A stretch of 64,000 nucleotides of DNA from Candidatus Aminicenantes bacterium (lineage in GTDB: Bacteria; Acidobacteriota; Aminicenantia; Aminicenantales; Saccharicenantaceae), in assembly GCA_963773685.1 (NCBI GenBank), contig CAVZBY010000002.1, positions 274,038 to 338,037 of the forward strand. Reading direction: 5' to 3'. Numbering within the stretch: position 1 is the first letter of the stretch; each line of letters opens with the position of its first letter. Shown piece by piece: positions 29,711-38,440 of the stretch. The translations under genes and the position numbers were made by a program. Below the pieces are notes generated by a model. It ran no database searches and had not been told where the DNA came from. It saw only the letters and a program-made list of their open reading frames with translations.

Positions 29711-32700
29711 CTATTTTTTCCAGACGGGCACTCCGCGGCCCGGCGTCCAGGGCGCGCCGGCCGCTTCGAGCTCGTCGCCGAGCTTCTTGAGATCGACCTC
29801 GATGATGGTCCGGAACTCGTCCTGGAGCTTCTCATATTCGGAGGCCGCGATCTCGTAGCCGCGCCTCGCCGTCTCCGTGACCGGGCAGGTCGTCGACAGC
29901 TGGGTCGAGACGCGTTCCATGAGCGAGGGCTCGACCGCCTCCGAGCGCTGCCGCTTGGTCCTATCCCCGAAGAGCCGCCGTGTCGCGGCCCTCAGCCTTT
30001 CCCGGAGGGCCGCGACCTTCTCTCCAAGCTTCGGACCGGCGCCGGGGGTCGCGAGAAGGGCTTTATTCATGGCCTCGAGGTTCCGGCCGGCTTCCTGGGC
30101 CGCGGAGCCGGCGCCCATCATGGCGCGCTGGAGCTCGCCGGCCTTCTTCTGGAAAGCGAGGAGCGAGGCCTTGTCCTTCTCGGCCAGGGCCGAAAGCCCC
30201 AGGGATTCGACCATGAACGTTTGCGGCTCTCCCAGGGGGGTCAGGACGCCGTCCGCGAGCTTGGCCATGGATACCGTGAACTTGCCGGGGACGACCAGGG
30301 GCCCCTCGGGGGCACGGTCCCAATCATCCCATTCCTCCGGCTGTCGGGCTTCGGGCTCGATGGGATCGACCGGCGGGTAGCGAAGGTCCCAGGCGATGCG
30401 GTGGACGCCCTTGCCCGCGGGTACCGGGATCCGCCGCACGACGCCGCCGGCTTCGTCCGTTATCGTCAGGATGAGGACGGGCTTGTCCTCCGCCTCTTCT
30501 TTCCGCAGGGCCTCCCATCCGGGGAAGGGGATGGGCTTCCCGGCCTTGGAGATCTCTTTCTCGCGCTCGCGCCGGGCTTCGGCCGATGTTCTCAGGGAGT
30601 CCTTGAGATAATACGTGAACTCGGCTCCGAAGGGCGGATTGGGAGCGAGGTAATAGCCCTCGCCGAAGAAGCTCTTGCCGGACGAGTCGAACGCCCGGTA
30701 CGGCACATATATCAGGGCCTTCCGAGGCGCGAACAGGACGGATTCCCGGCCCAGGGCCGTCGCATCGAGCGCCCTGAGGGGCGAATAGTCGTCGAGGACG
30801 AAGAAGCCGCGCCCGAACGAGGCGCCGACGAGGTCGCCTTCGCGCTCCTGGACCTCGATGTCCCGGAACGAAATGGTCGGGACCCCGCCCGAGAGCTTCG
30901 CCCAGCTCCTGCCGCCGTCGAGCGTGGCGTAGATGCCGAACTCCGTGCCGGCGAATAGGAGGTCCTTCTTGACGTTGTCCTGGGCGACCGACCAAACGAT
31001 CATTCGGTCCGGCAGTCCGGCGCCGATGTTGGTCCAGGTTCTGCCCCGGTCGGCGCTCATGAGCAGGTAGGGCTTATAGTTTCCCATTTTATGATCGTCC
31101 ACGGCCGCGAAGACCGTGTTCCCGTCATGCTTCGACGCCTTGATCCGATTGACGAAATAGGAAGGGGGGACTCCCGGAATGCTCTCGATCCGGCGCCACG
31201 TGGCGCCGCCGTCCTCTGTGACCTGGATGAGGCCGTCGTCGGTGCCGGCGTAGATGAGCCCATCGACGAGGGGCGATTCCGCGATGGCGGAGATCGTCCC
31301 GAACATCGACATCGCGCCGTGGTCCCAAAGGGCGTCCACGCTCCAGGTCCGGCCCATTATGCTCTGCTCGAGGCGGAAGACGCCGCGGGTCAGGTCCGGG
31401 CTGATGCGCTTCCAGGAGTTGCCGCGGTCGTCGCTCTTCCAGACGTGCTGGGACGCGTAGTAGAGCCGGGAGGGGGAATGGGGGCTGATGAGGATCGGCG
31501 AGTCCCAGTTGAAGCGGAGCGGAGGGTCGCCGGGCTCCGGGCGCGGGCTGATATAGACGGCTTCCTTGCTCTTCTTGTCGAACCGGAGGAGGTTCCCTTC
31601 CTGCCACTCGACGTAGACGACGTCGGGGTCCGTCGGGTCCACGGCGCTGGCGTAGCCGTCCGCCCCGAAGGTGATGAGCCAGTCGGCGTTGGCGATGCCG
31701 TTCGCCTTGAGCGTCCGCGAGGGTCCGAGCTGGCTGCCGTTGTCCTGGGCTCCGCCGTGGATGTTGTAGAAGGGGAGGGCGTTGTCGAGGGCCAGCTTGT
31801 AGAACTGGGTCACCGGCAGGTTGTCGAAGAAACGCCACGTCCGGCCGCGGTCGAAGCTCTCGTACAATCCCCCGTCGCAGCCGCTGAGGAGATAGTCCGG
31901 ATCGCCGGCGACGAAGGCCAGGGCATGATTATCGACGTGCTTGTTCCTTTCTCCGACGGGGCGCCACGTCCTTCCGCCGTCGTCGCTCACCCTCTGGACG
32001 GGGTCCATCTGGTAAACGCGGTCGAAGGTATTGGGATCGGCGAAGATCTCCTGATAGTAGTGCGGGCCCGTCCCGCCGGAGATGTAGGAGCTCCGCTTCT
32101 CGAAGCTCTCGCCCCGGTTCGCCGACCTGTAGAAGCCCTTCTGCTCCGGCCCGGCCTCGACGGTCGCGTAAACGACGCGCGGGTCCAGGGGGGAGACGGC
32201 GAGGCCGATCTTCCCGATGTCTCCCGAAGGCAATCCGACCGTGAGCTTCCGCCATGTCGCGCCGGCGTCCTCGCTCTTGTAGATCCCGGATTCGGGCCCG
32301 CCGGCCATGAAGGCGGCCACGGACCTCCGCCTCTGGTAGGCGGCCGCGTAGATGACGTCGGGATTCGAGGGGTCGAATTCGGCGCTGGCGACTCCCGTGT
32401 CCTTGGACACTTCGAGCGACGGCTTCCATGTTTTTCCGCCGTCGACGCTCTTGAACAATCCCCGCTCGCCCCCGGGCGACCAGAGAGGCCCCTCGGAGGC
32501 GACGTATACGGTCGCCGCGTCGCGGGGGTCGACGAGGACGCGGGCGATATGCTCGGAGGCTTTGAGACCCATGTTCGTCCATGTCTCGCCGCCGTTCAGG
32601 CTCTTGTAGACGCCGTCGCCGTAACCGACGTGACGGCCGCTGACGTTCTCGCCGGTCCCCACCCAGACGATCTCCGGGTTTCCGGGGGTCAGCGTGATAC

Positions 32701-33010
32701 AGCCGATGGAATAGGAGCCTTGATCATCGAAAATAGGCTTCCAGGTCAGTCCGGCGTTCTCAGTCTTCCAGACGCCCCCCGAAGCGGCGGCAACGTACCA
32801 GACGCGCCGGTTCCGGGGATGGATGGCGACGTCGCTGAGGCGGCCGGATGTCAGCGCGGGGCCGATGTTGCGGAACGCCAGCCCGGCGAGGATGTCGGAC
32901 GTCAGCCCGCCGGCCTTCTCCGCCTGAGCGGCGGGCCGGTCCTTCCCGGCCGAAAGGACCGGAGACAAGGCCCAAAGGAGGACGCAGAAACCGACGAGAT
33001 ATTTCTTCAT
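29711..33010 (-). CDS. secreted BNR/Sortilin-Vps10-repeat glycosyl-hydrolase-like protein (about 1100 aa)
   Basis: Intact. Signal peptide MKKYLVGFCVLLWALSPVLSA. Many BNR/Asp-box-like repeats (S.DGG.TW / SxDxGxTW: SVDGGKTWK, SEDAGATWR, SDDGGRTWR, TEDGGATWR, ..). It is a common Acidobacteria family. Confidence 0.7.
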   Translation of the reverse strand: MKKYLVGFCVLLWALSPVLSAGKDRPAAQAEKAGGLTSDILAGLAFRNIGPALTSGRLSDVAIHPRNRRVWYVAAASGGVWKTENAGLTWKPIFDDQGSYSIGCITLTPGNPEIVWVGTGENVSGRHVGYGDGVYKSLNGGETWTNMGLKASEHIARVLVDPRDAATVYVASEGPLWSPGGERGLFKSVDGGKTWKPSLEVSKDTGVASAEFDPSNPDVIYAAAYQRRRSVAAFMAGGPESGIYKSEDAGATWRKLTVGLPSGDIGKIGLAVSPLDPRVVYATVEAGPEQKGFYRSANRGESFEKRSSYISGGTGPHYYQEIFADPNTFDRVYQMDPVQRVSDDGGRTWRPVGERNKHVDNHALAFVAGDPDYLLSGCDGGLYESFDRGRTWRFFDNLPVTQFYKLALDNALPFYNIHGGAQDNGSQLGPSRTLKANGIANADWLITFGADGYASAVDPTDPDVVYVEWQEGNLLRFDKKSKEAVYISPRPEPGDPPLRFNWDSPILISPHSPSRLYYASQHVWKSDDRGNSWKRISPDLTRGVFRLEQSIMGRTWSVDALWDHGAMSMFGTISAIAESPLVDGLIYAGTDDGLIQVTEDGGATWRRIESIPGVPPSYFVNRIKASKHDGNTVFAAVDDHKMGNYKPYLLMSADRGRTWTNIGAGLPDRMIVWSVAQDNVKKDLLFAGTEFGIYATLDGGRSWAKLSGGVPTISFRDIEVQEREGDLVGASFGRGFFVLDDYSPLRALDATALGRESVLFAPRKALIYVPYRAFDSSGKSFFGEGYYLAPNPPFGAEFTYYLKDSLRTSAEARREREKEISKAGKPIPFPGWEALRKEEAEDKPVLILTITDEAGGVVRRIPVPAGKGVHRIAWDLRYPPVDPIEPEARQPEEWDDWDRAPEGPLVVPGKFTVSMAKLADGVLTPLGEPQTFMVESLGLSALAEKDKASLLAFQKKAGELQRAMMGAGSAAQEAGRNLEAMNKALLATPGAGPKLGEKVAALRERLRAATRRLFGDRTKRQRSEAVEPSLMERVSTQLSTTCPVTETARRGYEIAASEYEKLQDEFRTIIEVDLKKLGDELEAAGAPWTPGRGVPVWKK

Positions 33011-33305
33011 GGATCCCTCCGTCGCGATTGAATCGAACATGATCTTCGGAAAGTCATAAATACGACAGAATGGCGGGAAATTCAATGGGTCCTTGCTTCC
33101 TTTCCGCCCGGGCGCTAGAATAGGTGCGATGAAGCAAGCGCTCGTCCCCATCATCGCGGCGCTAATTTTCCCGTTCGCGCTCCTCCTGTTCATATCGGTC
33201 GTCCCGTTCATCTCGATCATCCTCCTGGCGCGCGCGTCCCCGCCCGGCCCCTTCCGGGCGCTTTCTCTTTCTTTGTGTCCTTCCACCGGAAGAAGCCCCC
33301 CTATC

Positions 33306-33460
33306 ATCTAACGGAGACACGTTCCATCCGCCCCCTTGAATTCCAAGGGGGAAGGGGGATTAAGAGCTCCAAGGGCAGGATTCGTGTCTCCGCAAATATA
33401 TCTAACGGAGACACGCTCCATCGGCCCCCCTTGAATTCCCGTTCCGACCCGTGTCTCCGT
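33306..33460. repeat. structured direct plus inverted repeat element in the divergent intergenic region upstream of the secA2-like gene
   Basis: The direct repeat ATCTAACGGAGACACG(T/C)TCCATC(C/G)GCCCCCTTGAATTCC appears at 33306 and 33400. Inverted copies CGTGTCTCCG(T) at 33384 and 33450 give two consecutive stem-loops with 10-11 bp stems. There is an inner palindrome CCCCTTGAATTCCAAGGGG. Confidence 0.5.
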
Positions 33461-33509
33461 AACGGCTCGAGAACGTGTCCCGCTTGGATGACCGGATAGG
33501 AGGTCTGTC

Positions 33510-36011
33510 ATGAAGTACAAAGCGCTGTTCGCCCGGGCCGCGGGCGACACGATCGAAACCGATCTCGGACCTTATCGGAAGGCCCTTGAAGAGATCCTGA
33601 GCCGTCCGACCGGACGGCTCGACGACGCTGAGTTGAAATCCGCATCGGAGCGTCTCATCGGAGGCGCACGGGCGGGAGGGGCGGAGCCCGGCCCTCGGGC
33701 GCCCTCGGTACCGGAGATACCGAAGGTTGCCATCGAAGCCTTCGCCCTCGTCCGGGAAGCGTCGCGCCGCGTCCTTGGGCTCGATCCGTTCGACGTCCAG
33801 ATCATCGCCGGGCTCGCCATGTCCGCCGGCCGGATCGTCGAGTTGCCGACGGGGGAGGGGAAGACCCTCGCCGCCGTGTTCCCGGCGTATCTTCATGCCC
33901 TTTCGGATCGCGGCGTCCACGTGCTGACATTCAACGATTACCTGGCGCGGCGCGACGCCTCCTGGATGGGTCCCGTGTTCTCTTTTCTCGGCCTATCGGT
34001 CGGATGCGTCCGGGAGGGAATGCCTGCTGCCGACCGGCGCCGGGCCTATGCTAGCGACATTACTTACGCCGCCGCGCGGGAAGCGGGGTTCGATTTTCTG
34101 CGCGACAGGCTCGCTATCGTGCCCGGCGACGTCGTCCACAGGCCGTTTCACCTGGCCCTCGTCGACGAGGCCGACTCCGTTCTCATCGACGAGGCGCGCG
34201 TCCCGCTCGTCATTTCGGCGAACGCGGACCCCAGCGGGCTCGACGCCGGGCGGCTGGCCGCTCTCGTCCGGACGCTCGAGCCGGGCCGGGACTACGCGAC
34301 CGACGCCGAACACAGGAACGTCTCCCTGACCGACACCGGCCTGGACCGGGTCGAGGCCGCTCTCCGGACCGGGAGCCTCTATGAAGAGGCGAGCCGGGAC
34401 CTTCTGACGGCCGTCCATTGCGCGCTCCACGCCGAGGCCCTGCTCCGCAGGGACGTCGATTATATCGTCCGGGAGCGGGGCGTCGAGATCGTCGATGAGT
34501 TCACCGGGCGGGTCGTCGACGGACGGCACTGGCCCGACGGGCTCCAGGCGGCCGTCGAGGCCAAGGAAGGGATCTCCCGGAACGCCGGGGGGCGCATCCT
34601 CGGCTCGATCGCCCTCCAACAGTACTTCGGCCTTTACCCCCGCCTCTGCGGAATGACGGCGACGGCGCGTTCGGCCGCGCCCGAGCTCGCGGAATTCTAC
34701 GGTTTGAAGGTCGTCGTGGTCCCGTCCCACGTCCCGAGCGTCCGGGAGGACCTCCCTGACGTCGTCTTCACCGACGCGGCGGCCAAGCGCGACGCCCTCG
34801 TGAGCGAGATCGGCGCGGCGCATGCGGCCGGAAGGCCCGTCCTGGTCGGCACCGCGAGCGTCAGGGAATCGGAAGGCCTGGCCGCCGGCCTGAAGGCGGC
34901 GGACATTCCCTGCGAGGTCCTCAACGCGCGGAACGACGAACTCGAAGCGGGAATCGTCGCCCGGGCCGGAAGCCGGGGCGCGGTCACCATCTCGACGAAC
35001 ATGGCCGGCCGCGGGACCGATATCAAGCTCGGGGGCCCCGACGAGCGGGACCGCGCTGCGATCGCCGCGCTCGGGGGTCTTTATGTCATCGGCACGAACC
35101 GGCACGAGAGCCTCCGCATCGACCGCCAGCTGAAGGGGAGGGCGGGGCGACAGGGAGACCCGGGGAGCTCCCGGTTCTTCATCAGTTTCGAGGACGACAT
35201 CTTCGTGCGGTACGGCCTCGACGGGATGCTGAGGAAACGGTACGGCCCGGTGCGCCGGAGCGAGCCCGTCGCCGGCCGCTTGGTCCGGAACGATATCGCC
35301 CACGCCCAGCGCGTCATCGAAGGCCAGAACTTCGATATCCGCCGCTCCCTGCGAAAATATTCCGCGCTGGTCGAGCGCCAGAGGATCATCGTCCAGGCGT
35401 GGCGCGACGATGTCCTCGTCCCTGGGGAACGCAAGGCGGAGGGAGAGGAGAGGGCCCGCGAGTGGGAACCCGTCGGGATCGTCCGAAGAAAGGACCGCGG
35501 TCTCTTCGCCGGGGGAGAGGCGCTCTTCGGGAAGGAGCCGATCGCGGAGCTCGAGAGGAGGCTGACGCTCTTGGCCATCGACAGGGCCTGGTCGGACCAC
35601 CTGGCCTGGGTGGCGGACTCCAGGGAAAGCATCCACCTCGTGGCCGTGGGAGGGAAGACGCCCCTCGACGAATTCGTCCGCTCCGCGACGGCTGAGTTCA
35701 TGGAGATCCCCGGCCGTATCGAGAACGCCGTTGTCGCCGGCTTCGCCTCGATGATCAACAGGAACGGGCCTCTGGACCTGGACGCCGACGAGCTCAAGGG
35801 CCCGGCGTCGACCTGGACCTATCTGGTTAATGAGGACCAGTTCGGCTGGGGGATGGAAATGTTGAAAGGGCGGAACATCGGCCTGGCCGCGGGGGCGGCG
35901 CTATATGCGGGCCCGCTGTTCCTCCTGACCCTGCTCTTGCGGAAGCTCCGGAGATCCGGAAGGTCCCGGAGTCCCGAAACCGAAGGCCGCGGACCGGGAC
36001 GGGAGGGCTAA
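33510..36011 (+). CDS. secA2: SecA-family preprotein translocase ATPase of the accessory SecA2 type
   Basis: 833 aa, intact. Walker A ELPTGEGKTLAA, DEADSVLIDEARVPLVIS (the SecA2 signature DEADSVL against housekeeping DEVDSIL), TNMAGRGTDIKLGG, RIDRQLKGRAGRQGDPGSSRFFISFEDDIF. It is shorter than canonical SecA (no HWD-like insert, no Zn-finger C-terminal tail) and has a 100-aa atypical N-terminus and a hydrophobic C-terminal tail. Confidence 0.75.
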   Translation: MKYKALFARAAGDTIETDLGPYRKALEEILSRPTGRLDDAELKSASERLIGGARAGGAEPGPRAPSVPEIPKVAIEAFALVREASRRVLGLDPFDVQIIAGLAMSAGRIVELPTGEGKTLAAVFPAYLHALSDRGVHVLTFNDYLARRDASWMGPVFSFLGLSVGCVREGMPAADRRRAYASDITYAAAREAGFDFLRDRLAIVPGDVVHRPFHLALVDEADSVLIDEARVPLVISANADPSGLDAGRLAALVRTLEPGRDYATDAEHRNVSLTDTGLDRVEAALRTGSLYEEASRDLLTAVHCALHAEALLRRDVDYIVRERGVEIVDEFTGRVVDGRHWPDGLQAAVEAKEGISRNAGGRILGSIALQQYFGLYPRLCGMTATARSAAPELAEFYGLKVVVVPSHVPSVREDLPDVVFTDAAAKRDALVSEIGAAHAAGRPVLVGTASVRESEGLAAGLKAADIPCEVLNARNDELEAGIVARAGSRGAVTISTNMAGRGTDIKLGGPDERDRAAIAALGGLYVIGTNRHESLRIDRQLKGRAGRQGDPGSSRFFISFEDDIFVRYGLDGMLRKRYGPVRRSEPVAGRLVRNDIAHAQRVIEGQNFDIRRSLRKYSALVERQRIIVQAWRDDVLVPGERKAEGEERAREWEPVGIVRRKDRGLFAGGEALFGKEPIAELERRLTLLAIDRAWSDHLAWVADSRESIHLVAVGGKTPLDEFVRSATAEFMEIPGRIENAVVAGFASMINRNGPLDLDADELKGPASTWTYLVNEDQFGWGMEMLKGRNIGLAAGAALYAGPLFLLTLLLRKLRRSGRSRSPETEGRGPGREG

Positions 36012-37063
36012 TCGCCGGCGACGAGGACGAGACGGACCCGGCGCTCCTTGTCCTCTCGCTTCACGGTCAGGGTCACGGCGTCCCCGATGCGCCTCTCTTC
36101 GAGCGCCGTATAGAGGTCGTCGTACGACGTCACCTTTGTCCCGTCCACGGCGACGACGACGTCCCCCAGGAAGAGGCGGCCGAAGCGGTCGCGCCCCAGT
36201 CCCTGGAGTCCCGCCCGCGCGGCGTCGCTCCCCCGGGGAACTTCGAGGACGGCGACCCCCTCGACGCCGATACGCCGGGCGTATTGATCGCTCATCAGGG
36301 AGACGCCCAGCCCCGGATGGACGACCTTCCCGTTCCGGATGATCTCGGGGACGATCTTCCGGATCGTGTCCACGGGGACGGCGAACCCGATCCCGCTCGA
36401 CGCCCCCGAGGGCGAGATGATCAGGGTGTTCATCCCGATGAGCCTGCCGGCCGAGTCGAGAAGCGGCCCGCCCGAGTTCCCGGGGTTGATGGAGGCGTCC
36501 GTCTGGATCATGTCGCGAATGGTGACCCCGCCCGCGCCGGGCATGCTGCGTCCCAGGGCGCTGACGATCCCGGTGGTGACCGTGTGGTCGAAGCCGAAGG
36601 GATTGCCGATGGCGATGACCTTCTGTCCGACCTGAAGGTCCCTGGAGATCCCGACATCGACGGGGAAGAGGCCCGCGAGGTCGCCCTCGACCTTGAGGAC
36701 CGCGATATCTTTGTTGGGCTCGCGGCCGACGAGCCGGGCCCGCCTCTGTTCGCCGCCCGGCAGGGCGACGTTGAAGATGTCGCCGTCCTCGATGACGTGG
36801 AAATTCGTGACGATGTGGCCCCGGTCGTCCCAGACGAATCCGGAACCGCTGCCCCGGGGCACGGCCTCCTCGCTCGAGAAGAAGGATTCCTTGACGAGCT
36901 GGATATTGGTCACGAACACGACCGAGTTCTTTGTCCTCCGGACGACCTCGATGGTATTGCTCTCGTCCTCGAGGAAGCGGGATTCCTGCCCCCGCGCGGG
37001 GACGGTTCCCAGCAGGGCGACGAGCCCCGGGACCGCGGCCCAGACCAGCCATTTCGTTCTCAT
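36008..37063 (-). CDS. htrA: HtrA/DegP-family periplasmic serine protease (trypsin domain plus one PDZ)
   Basis: 351 aa, intact. Signal peptide, His (TNFHVIEDG), Asp (DIAVLKV) and Ser (GNSGGPLLD) of the triad, then a PDZ domain. Overlaps the secA2 stop by 4 nt (convergent). Confidence 0.8.
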   Translation of the reverse strand: MRTKWLVWAAVPGLVALLGTVPARGQESRFLEDESNTIEVVRRTKNSVVFVTNIQLVKESFFSSEEAVPRGSGSGFVWDDRGHIVTNFHVIEDGDIFNVALPGGEQRRARLVGREPNKDIAVLKVEGDLAGLFPVDVGISRDLQVGQKVIAIGNPFGFDHTVTTGIVSALGRSMPGAGGVTIRDMIQTDASINPGNSGGPLLDSAGRLIGMNTLIISPSGASSGIGFAVPVDTIRKIVPEIIRNGKVVHPGLGVSLMSDQYARRIGVEGVAVLEVPRGSDAARAGLQGLGRDRFGRLFLGDVVVAVDGTKVTSYDDLYTALEERRIGDAVTLTVKREDKERRVRLVLVAGD

Positions 37064-37148
37064 GATGAAGGCTCCTTCCGACGCTGGATACCCAGGAGAA
37101 ATCTACCGGAACGACCGGCGGAAAACAAGCCCCGGGAGCCCGGACGAT

Positions 37149-37559
37149 TCAGGCCCGGCCGATGGGCCTGGCGAGGGAGCAAGCCCATCGGTAGAACTCG
37201 GACGCGGCCCGGACCAGCTCCTCGGCCTCCCTGGCGGTGAGGTTCCGGCGCTCGTATTGGACGAGGTTCTTTTTCCCGATGACGCGGCGAAGGAGAGCGG
37301 CCTGCGCCGCGGCCTCGGGGAGGGGGATGGCGGCGACGAGCTCGCAGATGTCGAGGTCGTCCTGGGAAACGGACCGGATCCCCTTGAAATAGACGCACAG
37401 GGCGTCGGCCGAAGAGACCGAACACTGGAGGGCCAGAGTGCCGGCGGCGTTATGGTGCTTCGCGGCGAAGGCGGCCAGCATGGCCCCGTGGTTGTCCTCG
37501 GCCTTGTTGAAATAATCGATGGCGGCGCTGCGGTCCTCTTTGCGCGTCCTGACCTTCAT
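37149..37559 (-). CDS. HEPN-domain protein (partner of the upstream nucleotidyltransferase)
   Basis: 136 aa. Its helical profile (AIDYFNKAEDNHGAMLAAF..AGTLALQCSVSSADALCVYF..) resembles PF05168-type HEPN. It lies 10 nt downstream of the NTase gene in the classic MNT-HEPN order. The canonical Rx4-6H motif is not obvious. Confidence 0.45.
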   Translation of the reverse strand: MKVRTRKEDRSAAIDYFNKAEDNHGAMLAAFAAKHHNAAGTLALQCSVSSADALCVYFKGIRSVSQDDLDICELVAAIPLPEAAAQAALLRRVIGKKNLVQYERRNLTAREAEELVRAASEFYRWACSLARPIGRA

Positions 37560-37568
37560 GACGGCACC

Positions 37569-38204
37569 TCACAGGAACGCGATCGGGTCCTTCCCGAAGA
37601 GCGTTCGATAGGTTTTCATCAGGGTCGAGACCGGCGGCTCATTCCGGCGGGCCTTCCTCCGGAACTCGGCCTCCGTTTTGATATAGGGATCGACATGGAA
37701 GCCGAATTCGCCGAAGAACCCGGCCGCGACCGTCTCCCGGAGGGCCTTCTCGAGGCGGGCCTTGGCCCGGGCGTCCCGGACGACGAAGGCCACGTCGCCG
37801 TCGCTCGTCTCCCGGGTCCGTCCCGCGGCCAGGCTTCCGTAGAGAAGCGCGGACACGACGGACGGCCTCAGGCCCAGTTCGGCGATCCGTTTCTCCAGAA
37901 AGGCCCCGACATCTTCCCGGAGCGCGTGCTCGCGGGCGAAAAGCGGCCGGAGAATGTCCCGGACGAGGCGGGCCCGCGAGTTCAGGCGGTACAGATGCTG
38001 TCGTCCGACGATCTCGCGCCCGACGACGCGGGCGTCGAGCAGGGACCGGAGGGCGGCGTGAGCGGCGGGGGGGGACAGGGCCGTCAGCCGGGCGACCTCC
38101 CTTCCGGAGGCCAGGAAATCGTCCGTCCGCAGGGCGAAGAGGCGAACGACGCGGACCTTCGACCGTCCGTCGAGAACGTCATCCAGGATCGTTTCCAGGG
38201 CCAT
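37569..38204 (-). CDS. nucleotidyltransferase-domain protein (minimal-NTase/MntA-like) with an N-terminal winged-HTH extension
   Basis: 211 aa. LLYGSLAAGRTRETSDGDVAFVV is the GS..x9-13..DxD polymerase-beta-type NTase motif. The N-terminal roughly 90 aa look like a wHTH (..VVRLFALRTDDFLASGREVARLTALSPPAAHAALRSL..). Confidence 0.65.
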   Translation of the reverse strand: MALETILDDVLDGRSKVRVVRLFALRTDDFLASGREVARLTALSPPAAHAALRSLLDARVVGREIVGRQHLYRLNSRARLVRDILRPLFAREHALREDVGAFLEKRIAELGLRPSVVSALLYGSLAAGRTRETSDGDVAFVVRDARAKARLEKALRETVAAGFFGEFGFHVDPYIKTEAEFRRKARRNEPPVSTLMKTYRTLFGKDPIAFL

Positions 38205-38440
38205 GGCGTGTCAATCTTTTGATACGGATGTCAATTATATTTAACATTGCCCGCCCCTGTCAAGCGCCCGAAAGCCCGCTCGTTCCGTATCCAAATATCC
38301 GTATCGGCTGTAAACGGATGCCCGGCCGTTTTACATGATTCCGCATTTTCGGCCCGGTCCCTTCCCCTGTATCGATGGCACGTCTTTTGCAGAGGGGAGA
38401 TGCGCATCATCTCAAAGTCTATCGGATACAGGAGGCTGAT

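Noticed and set aside
33129-33311. 60-aa hydrophobic ORF (MKQALVPIIAALIFPFALLLFISVVPFISIILLARASP..)
   Set aside because: No convincing ribosome-binding site, and it overlaps the structured repeat element. It could be a real small membrane protein, but the evidence is insufficient.
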